Source: an uncultured virus (IMG/VR IMGVR_UViG_3300027672_001707) (lineage: Duplodnaviria > Heunggongvirae > Uroviricota > Caudoviricetes). From it: 64,000 bases of DNA. Location: the IMG/VR virus record IMGVR_UViG_3300027672_001707; one strand, given 5' to 3'. The position numbers and the translations under genes are program-made. The number at the start of each line of letters is the position of its first letter. Within the stretch, counting starts at the first letter, position 1. The notes under the pieces were generated by a model. The model was not told the origin of the DNA. It was given only the letters and a program-made list of their open reading frames with translations, and made no database searches. Shown piece by piece: positions 9,619 to 19,347 of this stretch.

Positions 9619-9693
9619 ATGGGTGTGGTGTTAACGGTAACACGTTGGATTCCAAATCCAAAATTTGCGGTTCGAATCCGTACACCTATGCCA
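9619..9693 (+). tRNA. tRNA-Trp (CCA)
   Basis: acceptor ATGGGTG/CACCTAT; TTGGA-TTCCAAA-TCCAA; T-loop; CCA end. Confidence 0.95.
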
Positions 9694-9707
9694 ACGTTGG
9701 GGAAATT

Positions 9708-9887
9708 ATGAAGAAAGAAAAAGAAAACATCTTTGATACAACAACAAAGATTCGCATACTAAACGAAGAAATAAAATATGCCAAGAGTTGTATAAGAGAA
9801 CATGATACTGGACATATACATACTGCTATTGGTTGGTTAGTTGATAGAGTAAACGACTTAAAAAGAAAAGCGAATTTGGGTGAGTAA
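9708..9887 (+). CDS. small hypothetical protein between tRNAs
   Basis: ATG 9708 after GGGGA; the track start at 9645 lies inside tRNA-Trp. Confidence 0.7.
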   Translation: MKKEKENIFDTTTKIRILNEEIKYAKSCIREHDTGHIHTAIGWLVDRVNDLKRKANLGE

Positions 9888-9889
9888 AA

Positions 9890-9975
9890 GCGAGTGTGGC
9901 GGAATAGGTAGACGCAACGGACTTAAAATCCGTTATCTTTAAGGTGTGTGGGTTCGAGTCCCTCCATTCGCACCA
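9890..9975 (+). tRNA. tRNA-Leu (TAA)
   Basis: GCGAGTG/CATTCGC; ACGGA-CTTAAAA-TCCGT; long variable arm; CCA end. Confidence 0.96.
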
Positions 9976-9996
9976 CCCAGAAATTAACAAAAACGT

Positions 9997-10070
9997 TGGG
10001 ATATCGTCTAATGGTAGGACAACTGGTTTTGATCCAGTCAATCGAGGTTCGAATCCTTGTATCCCAGCCA
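9997..10070 (+). tRNA. tRNA-Gln (TTG)
   Basis: TGGGATA/TATCCCA; ACTGG-TTTTGAT-CCAGT; CCA end. Confidence 0.96.
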
Positions 10071-10080
10071 AAATAAGTGC

Positions 10081-10108
10081 TTGACAACAAGTGTAAATGT
10101 GCTATACT
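10081..10108 (+). promoter_or_regulatory. early promoter, 16-bp spacer
   Basis: TTGACA-16-TATACT with TG extension. Confidence 0.8.
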
Positions 10109-10145
10109 AAAGTATAATTATAACAATAAAACAGAAGGACACATT

Positions 10146-10382
10146 ATGGGAAGAAACCACACTCAAGATACTATTGATACAACAGGTTATAATAAAAGTG
10201 AACTTATACTAGTATTAACTAGAATGGTCAGAAGTGGAATAGCAAAAAATGTAGGTGATGCCATTAATCAGTTAGATGAAGGTAAGCACGATACAAAAGC
10301 CTTGCTCGACCAAGTGATCCAACAATATCAGGAACCTACGCCAGAAGGCGAAGCCGATCCTTTATACGTTAAAGTGAGATAA
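10146..10382 (+). CDS. hypothetical protein
   Basis: AAGGA RBS before ATG 10146. Confidence 0.65.
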   Translation: MGRNHTQDTIDTTGYNKSELILVLTRMVRSGIAKNVGDAINQLDEGKHDTKALLDQVIQQYQEPTPEGEADPLYVKVR

Positions 10383-10384
10383 AT

Positions 10385-10573
10385 ATGTTTAATAAAGTAG
10401 GCGACTTTTTACAGTCGCGAAGTGAAAATAACGAAAGTAGAGCAGAACGTAGAGAAAATGCTCGTAAGGCTTATAAGTTAGCAAAGAAAATGCGTAAAGA
10501 ACTTGAAAAAGATCCGGAACTTGCAAAAGCAGTAAGAGAAGGTAACAAGGAACTTAAACAGCCAATCAAATAA
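10385..10573 (+). CDS. basic hypothetical protein
   Basis: operon spacing. Confidence 0.6.
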   Translation: MFNKVGDFLQSRSENNESRAERRENARKAYKLAKKMRKELEKDPELAKAVREGNKELKQPIK

Positions 10574-10575
10574 CT

Positions 10576-10857
10576 ATGAATAAAATTATAGACTGGCATA
10601 AAGATTATTGTGAGAGGCTTCGATTAATATTGAACGTATCTCATTATGCAATGTACTGGATGGCTTTTATAAAAGGAGCATTTTTAGTAGTATTAATCTG
10701 TATGCTGATGGGTTGCACGATAGGGAGCAAGAAAGTGAATCCACCACTAATGGTATTAGAGAAATTTTGGGACACTCTGGGATCAGGTGTGGATAAGACC
10801 AAATCCAAATCCAAAGATAAAGAAGTAGAAGAAAAAGAGTGGAATGAAGTTAAGTAA
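10576..10857 (+). CDS. membrane or lipoprotein-like hypothetical protein
   Basis: hydrophobic segment ending LMGC. Confidence 0.6.
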   Translation: MNKIIDWHKDYCERLRLILNVSHYAMYWMAFIKGAFLVVLICMLMGCTIGSKKVNPPLMVLEKFWDTLGSGVDKTKSKSKDKEVEEKEWNEVK

Positions 10858-11871
10858 ATGCAATGGTCAAAACGTGTACAATTCATTCAAGTAGACCCTA
10901 CTAGTTATTGTAACGCAAAGTGTGTCAGTTGTGTAAGAAACATAGACGGCGGAGACACAATACCTCATTTACAACTTAACCATATAGATCCAAAAGTATG
11001 GGACAGAGTTATGTCCAAAGATACAAAAGGATCACTATTCAAAAAAATTCATTTTAATGGAGTTTGGGGAGATGCGTGTATGCACCCTGAACTTATTGCC
11101 ATTTGTGAAAGCATTGTAACACACCACCCAGAAGCATCTATTGGCATTGCTACAAACGGAAGTATGCGTGATACTAAATGGTGGGAAAAACTATCTAAAG
11201 TATTACAACGTGCTAAATCACATAAGATTGAGTTTGCAATAGATGGATTAGAAGATACTCACCATTTATATAGACGTAATACAAGTTTCAAAAAGATATG
11301 TGAAAACGTTAAAGCATTTAATGATGTAGGCGGAAATGCCGAAATTGTTACTACTGCTTTCGACTACAATGTGGAGCAGTTAGACGCTATTACCCAACTA
11401 GCGACGGATTTGGGGTGTTGTAGCCACTGGATTCGACCTAGTTTTGCTAAGAATGAGACATTAGAAGTGTATGATAAGAGTTATAAAATATCACACGATA
11501 AAGTTAAAAACTTTAAACGTAAGAGCATAATACTTAAAGAAGACAAGTATAAAACAACATATATACCGGAACAAGCAGAACTAGATACTCCGTGTATATG
11601 GTATCAAGACATGAGAATACAAATAGATCCATGGGGAACAGTTTGGCCTTGTTGTTGGACAGCCACTAGAGCACCACAAGCCAAAGCAGAACCGTTCGAT
11701 ATGCCTGGATTTGATCCACAGGTTAACAACATATATGAAAACAAACTACTTGACATTCTATCCAATTCGTGGTATAATAAAAGACTATCCAGCATTATAG
11801 ACAATAGAGAGTCTGTAGTGTGTAATAAGTTTTGTATCAATAAAACTAAAGTAATGAATAGGACAAGATAA
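10858..11871 (+). CDS. radical SAM protein with Twitch/SPASM-like C-terminus
   Basis: CNAKCVSC (CxxxCxxC); C...IDPWGTVWPCC...CNKFC. Confidence 0.9.
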   Translation: MQWSKRVQFIQVDPTSYCNAKCVSCVRNIDGGDTIPHLQLNHIDPKVWDRVMSKDTKGSLFKKIHFNGVWGDACMHPELIAICESIVTHHPEASIGIATNGSMRDTKWWEKLSKVLQRAKSHKIEFAIDGLEDTHHLYRRNTSFKKICENVKAFNDVGGNAEIVTTAFDYNVEQLDAITQLATDLGCCSHWIRPSFAKNETLEVYDKSYKISHDKVKNFKRKSIILKEDKYKTTYIPEQAELDTPCIWYQDMRIQIDPWGTVWPCCWTATRAPQAKAEPFDMPGFDPQVNNIYENKLLDILSNSWYNKRLSSIIDNRESVVCNKFCINKTKVMNRTR

Positions 11872-11872
11872 T

Positions 11873-12304
11873 ATGACAATGCATTTAGTAGGTCCATATA
11901 TGACCACAACGAAATATAATCGTAAAAAGAAACAAAAAAATTTAAGTGTTTCACAACAAGAAAATCTTGTAAGACAGTGGAAAGCACATAATAAAGATTG
12001 TCGTAGACGACACATACATTCAGCACAGTTTGAAAAGTTTGAAGACTTTTGTGCATATGTAAATGGTACTTATAAAGCACCAAAAGTAAAGACAACTGCT
12101 AAAACCTACGAACCTCCAAAGGTACGTGAAGGAAAGGTTTATCCAAGTTTAGGTAATAATATTGGAGGACCTGCTTTAAGAAAAGAAGTTATGGTTTATA
12201 GCGGTGAAAGGAAACTTTTAGGCATAGCAACTATGCATAAGAGCAATCTAGTGCCCGTATTCAGCGAAGACGAAGCAGTTGAGCTGGCTCAAATGAGGCG
12301 ATAA
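11873..12304 (+). CDS. basic phage hypothetical protein
   Basis: own promoter TTGACA-17-TATAAT at 11750-11778 inside the upstream gene; GIATMHKSNLVPVF motif. Confidence 0.75.
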   Translation: MTMHLVGPYMTTTKYNRKKKQKNLSVSQQENLVRQWKAHNKDCRRRHIHSAQFEKFEDFCAYVNGTYKAPKVKTTAKTYEPPKVREGKVYPSLGNNIGGPALRKEVMVYSGERKLLGIATMHKSNLVPVFSEDEAVELAQMRR

Positions 12305-12322
12305 ACAGGTAAATAATACACA

Positions 12323-12550
12323 ATGGCAAAAGACGGCACCATTAACGTGCAGGGCGTAGTGACACAAGTACTACCAAATGCACAATTCAAAGTCAAAGTC
12401 GAAGGACACGATACATCCGTAGTCGCTCACCTAAATGGAAAGATGCGAAAAAATAACATTAAAGTTTTGCTACAGGATAAAGTAGACCTAGAGATAAGCG
12501 TCTATGATATGAACAAAGGACGAATAATCTTTAGGCATAAAGAAGGATAA
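12323..12550 (+). CDS. infA: translation initiation factor IF-1
   Basis: GVVTQVLPNAQFKV...GKMRKNNIKVL...DKV...YD..KGRIIFR. Confidence 0.95.
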   Translation: MAKDGTINVQGVVTQVLPNAQFKVKVEGHDTSVVAHLNGKMRKNNIKVLLQDKVDLEISVYDMNKGRIIFRHKEG

Positions 12551-12603
12551 AGGAAAACGAATTTTCTCTATCACTATTATAACAAAAAGAAAAGGAGTCA
12601 AAT

Positions 12604-12765
12604 ATGACAAATTGGATTAAAGACAGAATAAAAGAACGAACATCACATTCAGGTGCGGCACTAGTCGCAATAGGTGTAGTTGTCCTAATTGCAGGACCGT
12701 TTGCTAGTATGGCGGCTTATGCCGCAATTATCTTTGGCGCATGGCAAATCTATAAAAAAGGTTAG
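12604..12765 (+). CDS. 53-aa two-helix membrane protein (absent from ORF track)
   Basis: AAGGAG RBS; MTNWIKDRIKERTSHSGAALVAIGVVVLIAGPF... Confidence 0.75.
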   Translation: MTNWIKDRIKERTSHSGAALVAIGVVVLIAGPFASMAAYAAIIFGAWQIYKKG

Positions 12766-12771
12766 TCATTA

Positions 12772-13059
12772 ATGCCAATTCTAACAGCCTTGTATAAAGG
12801 CAAGAAGATTCAACGAGAATACACAGGCACGGACAATGTAATGATTGCTCTATACGACGATGTCGATTGGGGAACTTGCGGAGGTTCAGTAGCCTGTGGT
12901 TCATGTTGTTGCACAGTGTTAGAAGGTGAACAATATTTTAAAGAACCAAGTCAAGAAGAACAAGATATGCTTGACTTAGAAGGAAGACCTGGGCAAAGAC
13001 TAGGTTGTCAATTAGATTTGGACAATGCTCCAGACGGAAAGATTTTAATAAGGATATGA
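12772..13059 (+). CDS. fdx: 2Fe-2S ferredoxin (ISC/adrenodoxin type)
   Basis: CGGSVACGSC...EEQDMLD...RLGCQ. Confidence 0.88.
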   Translation: MPILTALYKGKKIQREYTGTDNVMIALYDDVDWGTCGGSVACGSCCCTVLEGEQYFKEPSQEEQDMLDLEGRPGQRLGCQLDLDNAPDGKILIRI

Positions 13060-13478
13060 CAGTAGCAATACAAGACTTTAACAGAAGTTCTAATAGCGAA
13101 GGTAGTTTTGATTTTAGTATTACAGATACAAATGTAAAATTAGATGATGTTAGAGAACAATTACGAACTGTTAATGATCCAGATATTCATATAAATATAT
13201 TTGAGTTAGGACTAATTTACCATTGCGATATAGTAGACGGTAAATGTAAGACTGTTATGACATTAACAAGTCCTTTTTGCCCAGTAGCAGGCGAAATGCC
13301 AGAATGGGTAAAAGACGCATTATTGAAAGTACCAGGAATTAATGAAGTAGATGTGGAAATGACATTTGAACCTACTTTTAACCCGGATCAAATGAGTGAG
13401 ATAGCACGTTTCACATTAAACCTTGGAGAGGACGAACATGAAGACGAATACGTTACCAACACCACCAGATTTAGGTAA
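13056..13478 (+). CDS. DUF59/SufT-type Fe-S assembly protein
   Basis: LRTVNDPDI.INIFELGLIY, MTLTSPFCPVA, FEP. Confidence 0.88.
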   Translation: MTVAIQDFNRSSNSEGSFDFSITDTNVKLDDVREQLRTVNDPDIHINIFELGLIYHCDIVDGKCKTVMTLTSPFCPVAGEMPEWVKDALLKVPGINEVDVEMTFEPTFNPDQMSEIARFTLNLGEDEHEDEYVTNTTRFR

Positions 13479-13848
13479 AAACATTGCTACTGATAAACCG
13501 GCTGTACAAAAGTTTAGTATGATACCGGCTATTACAGAAGCCGCAAAAGAATTTTTAATTAAAACTGCTGATAAACAAAACGCAACTAATGTATACTTTG
13601 GTGTACAAGGCGGCGGTTGTGCAGGTTTTAAATATAAGTGGGATTCTATCGAAACAGATAAAATTGATCCTGCTGATGAAGTTATTAAACTTAATGAAGA
13701 AAAGAATCTTATTATAGATAAGACAAGTTTATTTTATATTATGGGTACAACTATTGATTTACAAGAAGGCTTTGGAGGTTCTCAAATTGTTGTAGAAAAC
13801 CCCCAAGCAACTTCTTCGTGTGGTTGTGGAGAATCCGTAGGATTCTAA
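13438..13848 (+). CDS. iscA: A-type Fe-S carrier (IscA/HesB)
   Basis: GGGCAG and NPQATSSCGCGES. Confidence 0.92.
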   Translation: MKTNTLPTPPDLGKNIATDKPAVQKFSMIPAITEAAKEFLIKTADKQNATNVYFGVQGGGCAGFKYKWDSIETDKIDPADEVIKLNEEKNLIIDKTSLFYIMGTTIDLQEGFGGSQIVVENPQATSSCGCGESVGF

Positions 13849-14946
13849 TTACTTAGGAGGAGGAATACGCATAGGTGTATCCTCCTTTTCTTTTGGTTCC
13901 ACTTCCATTTCCACTGACTGAGACATCTTTTCTTCCATGTCCTTCCAACTACCTAGAACAAACTCTAGGGTTAACACTTCTCCCGATTCTATTGTAACCA
14001 CCTTTACCGTAACGGCATCTCCATCTAACTTTGTTTTTAGATACTTAAAGATGTCGCCATACTCTTGTACCTTAACACCATCTATCTCTGTTAGGTATGA
14101 TTCTTCAATCATTCCTGCTTTATATAGATTACTGTCAGGCGAGGCTTTTATTTTAACCAACTTCTTATCAACGTCGAAATCAACTTCGATGTTTAAAGCC
14201 GGTCTTCGTACTTCCCCGTACGAAATTATCCTGTCATAGACCCATCTTACATCATCAACGTGAATACTCATTGCCCAGGCTTGCGTCTTGGCATTTGGAT
14301 CTCGACTTAGAATCATTAGTGTATTGATGCCTATTAAATTACCTTTATTATCAAATAGTGGACCTCCACTATTGCCAGGCATTATTAATGCATCGGATTG
14401 GATCAGCCGTTGCCACGGCGAAGATACGAAACGTTTCGGATTGCTAACAACACCTTTGCTAACACTCCAAATCATACCTTGCGGATGACCAATGACATAA
14501 ATGTCGTCACCAAAATCAGGTTCTTTTCCCCACTCGATGTAGCGAAAAATATAATCTTCTGGTAAGTCGATTTTTATTACTGCAATATCCGATAATTTAT
14601 CGTAGCCCACGATTGTTGCTTCGTATTCAGTCATGGATTTGTCATCATGCATCCATACTGAAATTGTATTCCCTTTTTCTATAACATGGTAGTTAGTAAT
14701 AATATGTCCTTGTGGGGACACAATAATACCTGATCCCAATCCACCACTTTCCGGCATTGGAACCGGAGCAGTGTTATTAGTTGTTTCGTCTAATAAAGGT
14801 TTTACGTTTTTAATTGAAACTAGAACTGTTGATTTTAGATTATTATCGATATTCGCAAGACCACTATGAGCAGGTTGTATACTTGCTCCTACAAAAACGA
14901 AAAGACTAACGTAAACTACTAATAGATACCGTTGAACTTGCGTCAT
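13849..14946 (-). CDS. HtrA/DegP-like serine protease with PDZ-like tail
   Basis: GSG, TNYHVI, DIAV, GNSGGPL; signal peptide. Confidence 0.92.
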   Translation of the reverse strand: MTQVQRYLLVVYVSLFVFVGASIQPAHSGLANIDNNLKSTVLVSIKNVKPLLDETTNNTAPVPMPESGGLGSGIIVSPQGHIITNYHVIEKGNTISVWMHDDKSMTEYEATIVGYDKLSDIAVIKIDLPEDYIFRYIEWGKEPDFGDDIYVIGHPQGMIWSVSKGVVSNPKRFVSSPWQRLIQSDALIMPGNSGGPLFDNKGNLIGINTLMILSRDPNAKTQAWAMSIHVDDVRWVYDRIISYGEVRRPALNIEVDFDVDKKLVKIKASPDSNLYKAGMIEESYLTEIDGVKVQEYGDIFKYLKTKLDGDAVTVKVVTIESGEVLTLEFVLGSWKDMEEKMSQSVEMEVEPKEKEDTPMRIPPPK

Positions 14947-15184
14947 GTTTTAATGTCCTTTTTCTTAATGCACTATCTTTTTGTGCAAGTTTATAAACGT
15001 CTCCACACGAACCGCAGTAATGTTTGACATAACCATTTCTTTGACTCTTATTAAGTTCGCTTGAACTTTTAAGAATCATATTTTGGCAATTATCACATAT
15101 TAATGCGAATACTTGCAGTCGACGATGTGTTGCTTTTTGCAGTCGTTGATGCCATTGTTTGATATATGTATATCCTAAATACAT
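14906..15184 (-). CDS. small zinc-finger protein, leaderless late gene
   Basis: CDNC...CGSC; minus-strand ATAAATA 5 nt before ATG. Confidence 0.7.
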   Translation of the reverse strand: MYLGYTYIKQWHQRLQKATHRRLQVFALICDNCQNMILKSSSELNKSQRNGYVKHYCGSCGDVYKLAQKDSALRKRTLKHDASSTVSISSLR

Positions 15185-15268
15185 ACAAGTATTTATGTTA
15201 TTAGCGTTCGGTTACCAATTGTAGAGGATAAATAGTAGTACACAATATAATCTGCAGGAGTTATAACA

Positions 15269-15967
15269 ATGGCAAAACAAGCAATTAACATTGGAAGCAG
15301 TGCAAATGATGGTGCCGGTGATCCTTTAAGAACTGCCTTTACTAAAATTAACGAAAACTTCGTTGAAGTCTATACAGAATTAGGCGGATCAAGTTTAAGT
15401 AATATTAGTTTTACAGGTAATACTATTGGAACCGACGATACTAACGGAAATATTTTATTAAGTCCGAATGGTACTGGTGCAATCGTAATAGACACTTCCA
15501 AAAATTTACAATTTACGTCACATACTGACAATGCAATCTTAAAGTTTGATGCAAGTGGTAACGTGGCAATAAGTTCAATCGTTGACAACGGTACTACAGT
15601 CGTTATGGGCGACATAGCAGTAAACGGAACAACGTCTACACTTACAACAACAACTAATGATATTAATTTAGTACCAGGTGGTGGCGAAGTTAATGTTACT
15701 GGACACATTTTAAGTGATACAACAAACACAAGAGATTTAGGAACGTCAGCAAATGCTTGGCGTAGTATCTTTGGTACTAAACTAACAGCAACTGGCGACA
15801 GAATCAACATTTCTACAGTGCATACTCCAACAACAAATGCAGGCGCTTCAGGCGATTTGATAGGCGATATATCTGCAGATGCAAGTTACATCTATTATTG
15901 TACTGCTACTTGGGTAAGTCCAGGTTCAGCGGCAATATGGAAACGTGTAGCAATAGCAACTTGGTAA
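15269..15967 (+). CDS. virion baseplate/tail-fibre protein
   Basis: INIGSSANDGAGDPLRTAFTKINENF (T4 gp9/gp10-like); late promoter. Confidence 0.8.
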   Translation: MAKQAINIGSSANDGAGDPLRTAFTKINENFVEVYTELGGSSLSNISFTGNTIGTDDTNGNILLSPNGTGAIVIDTSKNLQFTSHTDNAILKFDASGNVAISSIVDNGTTVVMGDIAVNGTTSTLTTTTNDINLVPGGGEVNVTGHILSDTTNTRDLGTSANAWRSIFGTKLTATGDRINISTVHTPTTNAGASGDLIGDISADASYIYYCTATWVSPGSAAIWKRVAIATW

Positions 15968-15980
15968 TAGGAGATAGATT

Positions 15981-16940
15981 ATGGCTGGAACTAAAAGAGT
16001 AATTAACATTGGTACAAACGCAGACGACGGTACAGGCGACTTACTTCGTGCGGCATTTGAAAAAATCAATTTAAACTTCGACGATGTGTGGACATATGAT
16101 GCAGTTAATAGTAATTTAAATATTACTGCTGACAGTATCGCAGGAACAACTGATGTTATCATGAATCCTGCAGATTCAGGTGCTTTTAAAGTAACCGGCG
16201 ATACAATTATTAATCCAAACAACGGTAATTATAACTTTACTATTAACACAGACTTAGCAAGTAACGTTTTATATGTTAAAGGAAGCAATGGTTTTGTTGG
16301 TATTAAAAATAATGCTCCAACAGTAGCACTTGACGTAACAGGTGATATTACGAGTTCCGGAACAATGACTGCTGGTAGTTTTGTAGTAGGTAATACAACA
16401 CTTGGTGCCAGTGCATCAAACACTATTACATTTAATGCAAAATCAAGCACAGACTTTTTACCAGTAAGTACTACACAAAACCTTGGCGGAGGAACTAATC
16501 GTTGGGGAGCTCTTAACGTAGTAAACGTAGATGCTAGTGGTAGTATTAGTGGTACATTTACTGGTGTTATGACAAGTACAATGACAGCAGACATTAATAA
16601 CACTGACACAACTAGTGTTAACATAACTGCAACAGGTGCCACAAACGTTCAAAACTTAAACGTAGCGGGTAATTTAGTTGTACAAGGTACAACTACTACA
16701 TTAGAAACAACTGATGTTATAGTACAGAACCAGTTAACATTTGAAGGTGCAACTGCTGATGATTTTGAAACAACATTAACAGTTACAGACCCAACTGCTG
16801 ATAGAACAATTACATTTAAAGACGAAAACGGTACAGTAGCATTAGTAACTGATATCACAATTACTTTAGCAACGTTAAAATCAACTGTCGCGGCAAGTAC
16901 AGACTTCGCTGATTTTCAGACGAGAATAGCGGCACTATAG
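15981..16940 (+). CDS. virion baseplate/tail-fibre protein
   Basis: INIGTNADDGTGDLLRAAFEKINLNF; Thr/Gly-rich. Confidence 0.8.
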   Translation: MAGTKRVINIGTNADDGTGDLLRAAFEKINLNFDDVWTYDAVNSNLNITADSIAGTTDVIMNPADSGAFKVTGDTIINPNNGNYNFTINTDLASNVLYVKGSNGFVGIKNNAPTVALDVTGDITSSGTMTAGSFVVGNTTLGASASNTITFNAKSSTDFLPVSTTQNLGGGTNRWGALNVVNVDASGSISGTFTGVMTSTMTADINNTDTTSVNITATGATNVQNLNVAGNLVVQGTTTTLETTDVIVQNQLTFEGATADDFETTLTVTDPTADRTITFKDENGTVALVTDITITLATLKSTVAASTDFADFQTRIAAL

Positions 16941-16974
16941 TATATAAATACTAGTGTAATTAAAGGATAATTTA

Positions 16975-19293
16975 ATGGCGGCACCAGTTTGGTACACAAC
17001 CACAAGTAACCTAGGCGTAATACAAGAAGGTCAATTCTACAGATTCTCTTTAGACGCAAGAGACCCGTCTTCGGGTGTTATTGCGTATTCAGTTGTTTCT
17101 GGAACATTACCTGACGGTATCGAACTAGCAAGTAATGGTACATTATTTGGTAACCCTAGAAAGGTTATCCAAGGCGTACCTGTGGAAGTAAGCAGAGATG
17201 TTGCCAGCAAGTTCACTATTAGAGCAAAAGATTCAACCGGTATTGTTAACGACAAAACATTCCAATTAATCGTTACAGGACAAGACGTTCCAGTATGGGA
17301 AAGTGCATCAGATTTAGGTGACTTTATAGATTTCCAGTATATTAATAAAAAGATTATAGTAAATGACAGCGATAGTGAAGATACACTAACATACGAATTG
17401 TTAAGTGGTACATTGCCTGTTGGAACAAAGTTGACAACCGATGGTTATGTTAACGGATTTATTCAACCACAGTTAGTAGACGGATCAAGTGAAGCAGGAA
17501 GTTTTGATACTTCAGCATTTGATACAGTTATATTCGACTTTGGTACAGGTGTTGGTAGTTACAGTAAAAGACATCACTTTGTTGTTAGAGCAAGTGACGG
17601 TAAAGCATTTATCGTTAAGGAATTTAGTATATATGTATATGGTGCATTTGATTTAAAAGCAGATAGTAACACAATTACTGCTGATAAAGATGACAACTTA
17701 ATCCAATCAGATACAAGTAGTGCATATGGTCCAATTATTAGACACAGTGCAACTAAAATTGGAACATTCTTGCACGACAATATGTTTAGTTTTAAAGTAG
17801 ATGCTATTGACTACAGTGGCGCCGATATTACATACAGTATTGAAAGTGGAGCAACACCATCGGGATTAACTATTGATTCTGGAACAGGTTGGATACATGG
17901 TAAACTTCCATACTTAAACAAAGTTATACAAGATTATTCATTTACAGTTAAAGCGGCAAGAACAAGCGATGCGGCTAACTTTAGTGATACACATACGTTT
18001 ACAATGCAATTAATAACTAATAAAGATTTAGATATTACTTGGAATACTGTTAAAAATTTAGGCATATTACAAGCCGGTGCAGTTAGTACATTGTATGTAA
18101 ATGCAAGTAGTAAGAACAATACAAAACTTATATACGAACTACAAGCAGGTAGTAAACTGCCACAAGGACTACTACTAAACTCCACTGGAGAATTAGAAGG
18201 CAGAGCAAGTTTTAAAACATTCCAAATGGACTCAGGAACAACAAAATTAGATGTGGTAACTAGTTCAGCAACAACTACAGTTGATGGAACATATAATTTT
18301 ACAATTAAGGCAAGAGATAATACAGGTACATTGTACAATACTAGAACATTTAGTGTTGTAGTTAAGAACGAGTATAGTGCTCCTTATGAAGACTTATATA
18401 TCGACTTATTGCCTACACAAACTGATAGAAACATATGGGAAAATGTTATCTATAATAGACAGGATATCCCAGACGAAGATTTATACAGAGCAAGAGACAT
18501 TTACTTTGGTAGACAAGCATACCCAAGAATGTTGTTTTTACCAGGACTACCAGCAAACACATTGAGCAAGTACTTTGAAAGTGTTTATAGAAACCATCAT
18601 AACATAAATTTACGTTTTGGTGACTTTAAAACTGCAAAAGCAACTGACAACGATAACAATCATATATATGATGTTGTGTATGTTGAAGTACTAGACAAAT
18701 TCGACGCTCCAGCAGGAACAACGTTAACAACTAGTAACTTAGAAATTAAATACTCAAGTATTAATAACCCTATTACTGCTGATGAGTCTGCACACATTGA
18801 AAACTCTACATTAAGAGCAAGTGCAAACAATAACAAAATTTTATATCCAGCAAGTTTAAGTCGTATGAAAAAACGTGTTGAAGATAAACTAGGTATCCAG
18901 GATAGTAGAACACTTCCACGTTGGATGACTAGTGTACAAGATGATGGAACCATTTTAGGATTCACTAGTGCGTGTGTTATTGCATATTTGAAACCAGGTG
19001 CAGGTAAACGTATTCTTTATTACCTAAGTATTAACGATGGTGTTGACTTAAACAAGATTGATTTTACAGTAGATAGATATGTAGTTGACCAATACTTTAG
19101 TAAAAACTACGATAAAACTAGTAGTCCAACAGCATGGTTAGTAGGTGGAGAAACAACGTTTGATTCGACTACAACTAGTGTAGATAGTACAAATACAAGA
19201 TTTTTCCCTAATATCGACGTAAGACGCACAGATATTACCGAAGGTAATCATTATATTAAATTCCCAAGAGTTCAGATAATAGACTTACCTTAA
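16975..19293 (+). CDS. virion structural protein with repeated Ig-like (He_PIG-type) domains
   Basis: repeated GxLPxGxxL..xG...FTxxAxD units; TATAAATA at 16943. Confidence 0.8.
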   Translation: MAAPVWYTTTSNLGVIQEGQFYRFSLDARDPSSGVIAYSVVSGTLPDGIELASNGTLFGNPRKVIQGVPVEVSRDVASKFTIRAKDSTGIVNDKTFQLIVTGQDVPVWESASDLGDFIDFQYINKKIIVNDSDSEDTLTYELLSGTLPVGTKLTTDGYVNGFIQPQLVDGSSEAGSFDTSAFDTVIFDFGTGVGSYSKRHHFVVRASDGKAFIVKEFSIYVYGAFDLKADSNTITADKDDNLIQSDTSSAYGPIIRHSATKIGTFLHDNMFSFKVDAIDYSGADITYSIESGATPSGLTIDSGTGWIHGKLPYLNKVIQDYSFTVKAARTSDAANFSDTHTFTMQLITNKDLDITWNTVKNLGILQAGAVSTLYVNASSKNNTKLIYELQAGSKLPQGLLLNSTGELEGRASFKTFQMDSGTTKLDVVTSSATTTVDGTYNFTIKARDNTGTLYNTRTFSVVVKNEYSAPYEDLYIDLLPTQTDRNIWENVIYNRQDIPDEDLYRARDIYFGRQAYPRMLFLPGLPANTLSKYFESVYRNHHNINLRFGDFKTAKATDNDNNHIYDVVYVEVLDKFDAPAGTTLTTSNLEIKYSSINNPITADESAHIENSTLRASANNNKILYPASLSRMKKRVEDKLGIQDSRTLPRWMTSVQDDGTILGFTSACVIAYLKPGAGKRILYYLSINDGVDLNKIDFTVDRYVVDQYFSKNYDKTSSPTAWLVGGETTFDSTTTSVDSTNTRFFPNIDVRRTDITEGNHYIKFPRVQIIDLP

Positions 19294-19347
19294 ATAAATG
19301 ATAAATAAATATATTACAACATAAAGTAATACTGGAGTTAAAAAAAT

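Noticed and set aside
9619..9693. Suppressor tRNA or alternative genetic code
   Set aside because: The anticodon is CCA (ordinary Trp) and conserved genes are uninterrupted in the standard code.
9645..9707. N-terminal extension of ORF 9645-9887
   Set aside because: It lies inside tRNA-Trp; ATG 9708 is the plausible start.
9826..10071. 81-aa minus-strand ORF
   Set aside because: It is the antisense reading of tRNA-Leu and tRNA-Gln.
15370..18965. Long antisense ORFs over structural genes, and similar shadows over prs, clpA and polB
   Set aside because: No RBS or motifs; expected by-products of codon bias on the coding strand.
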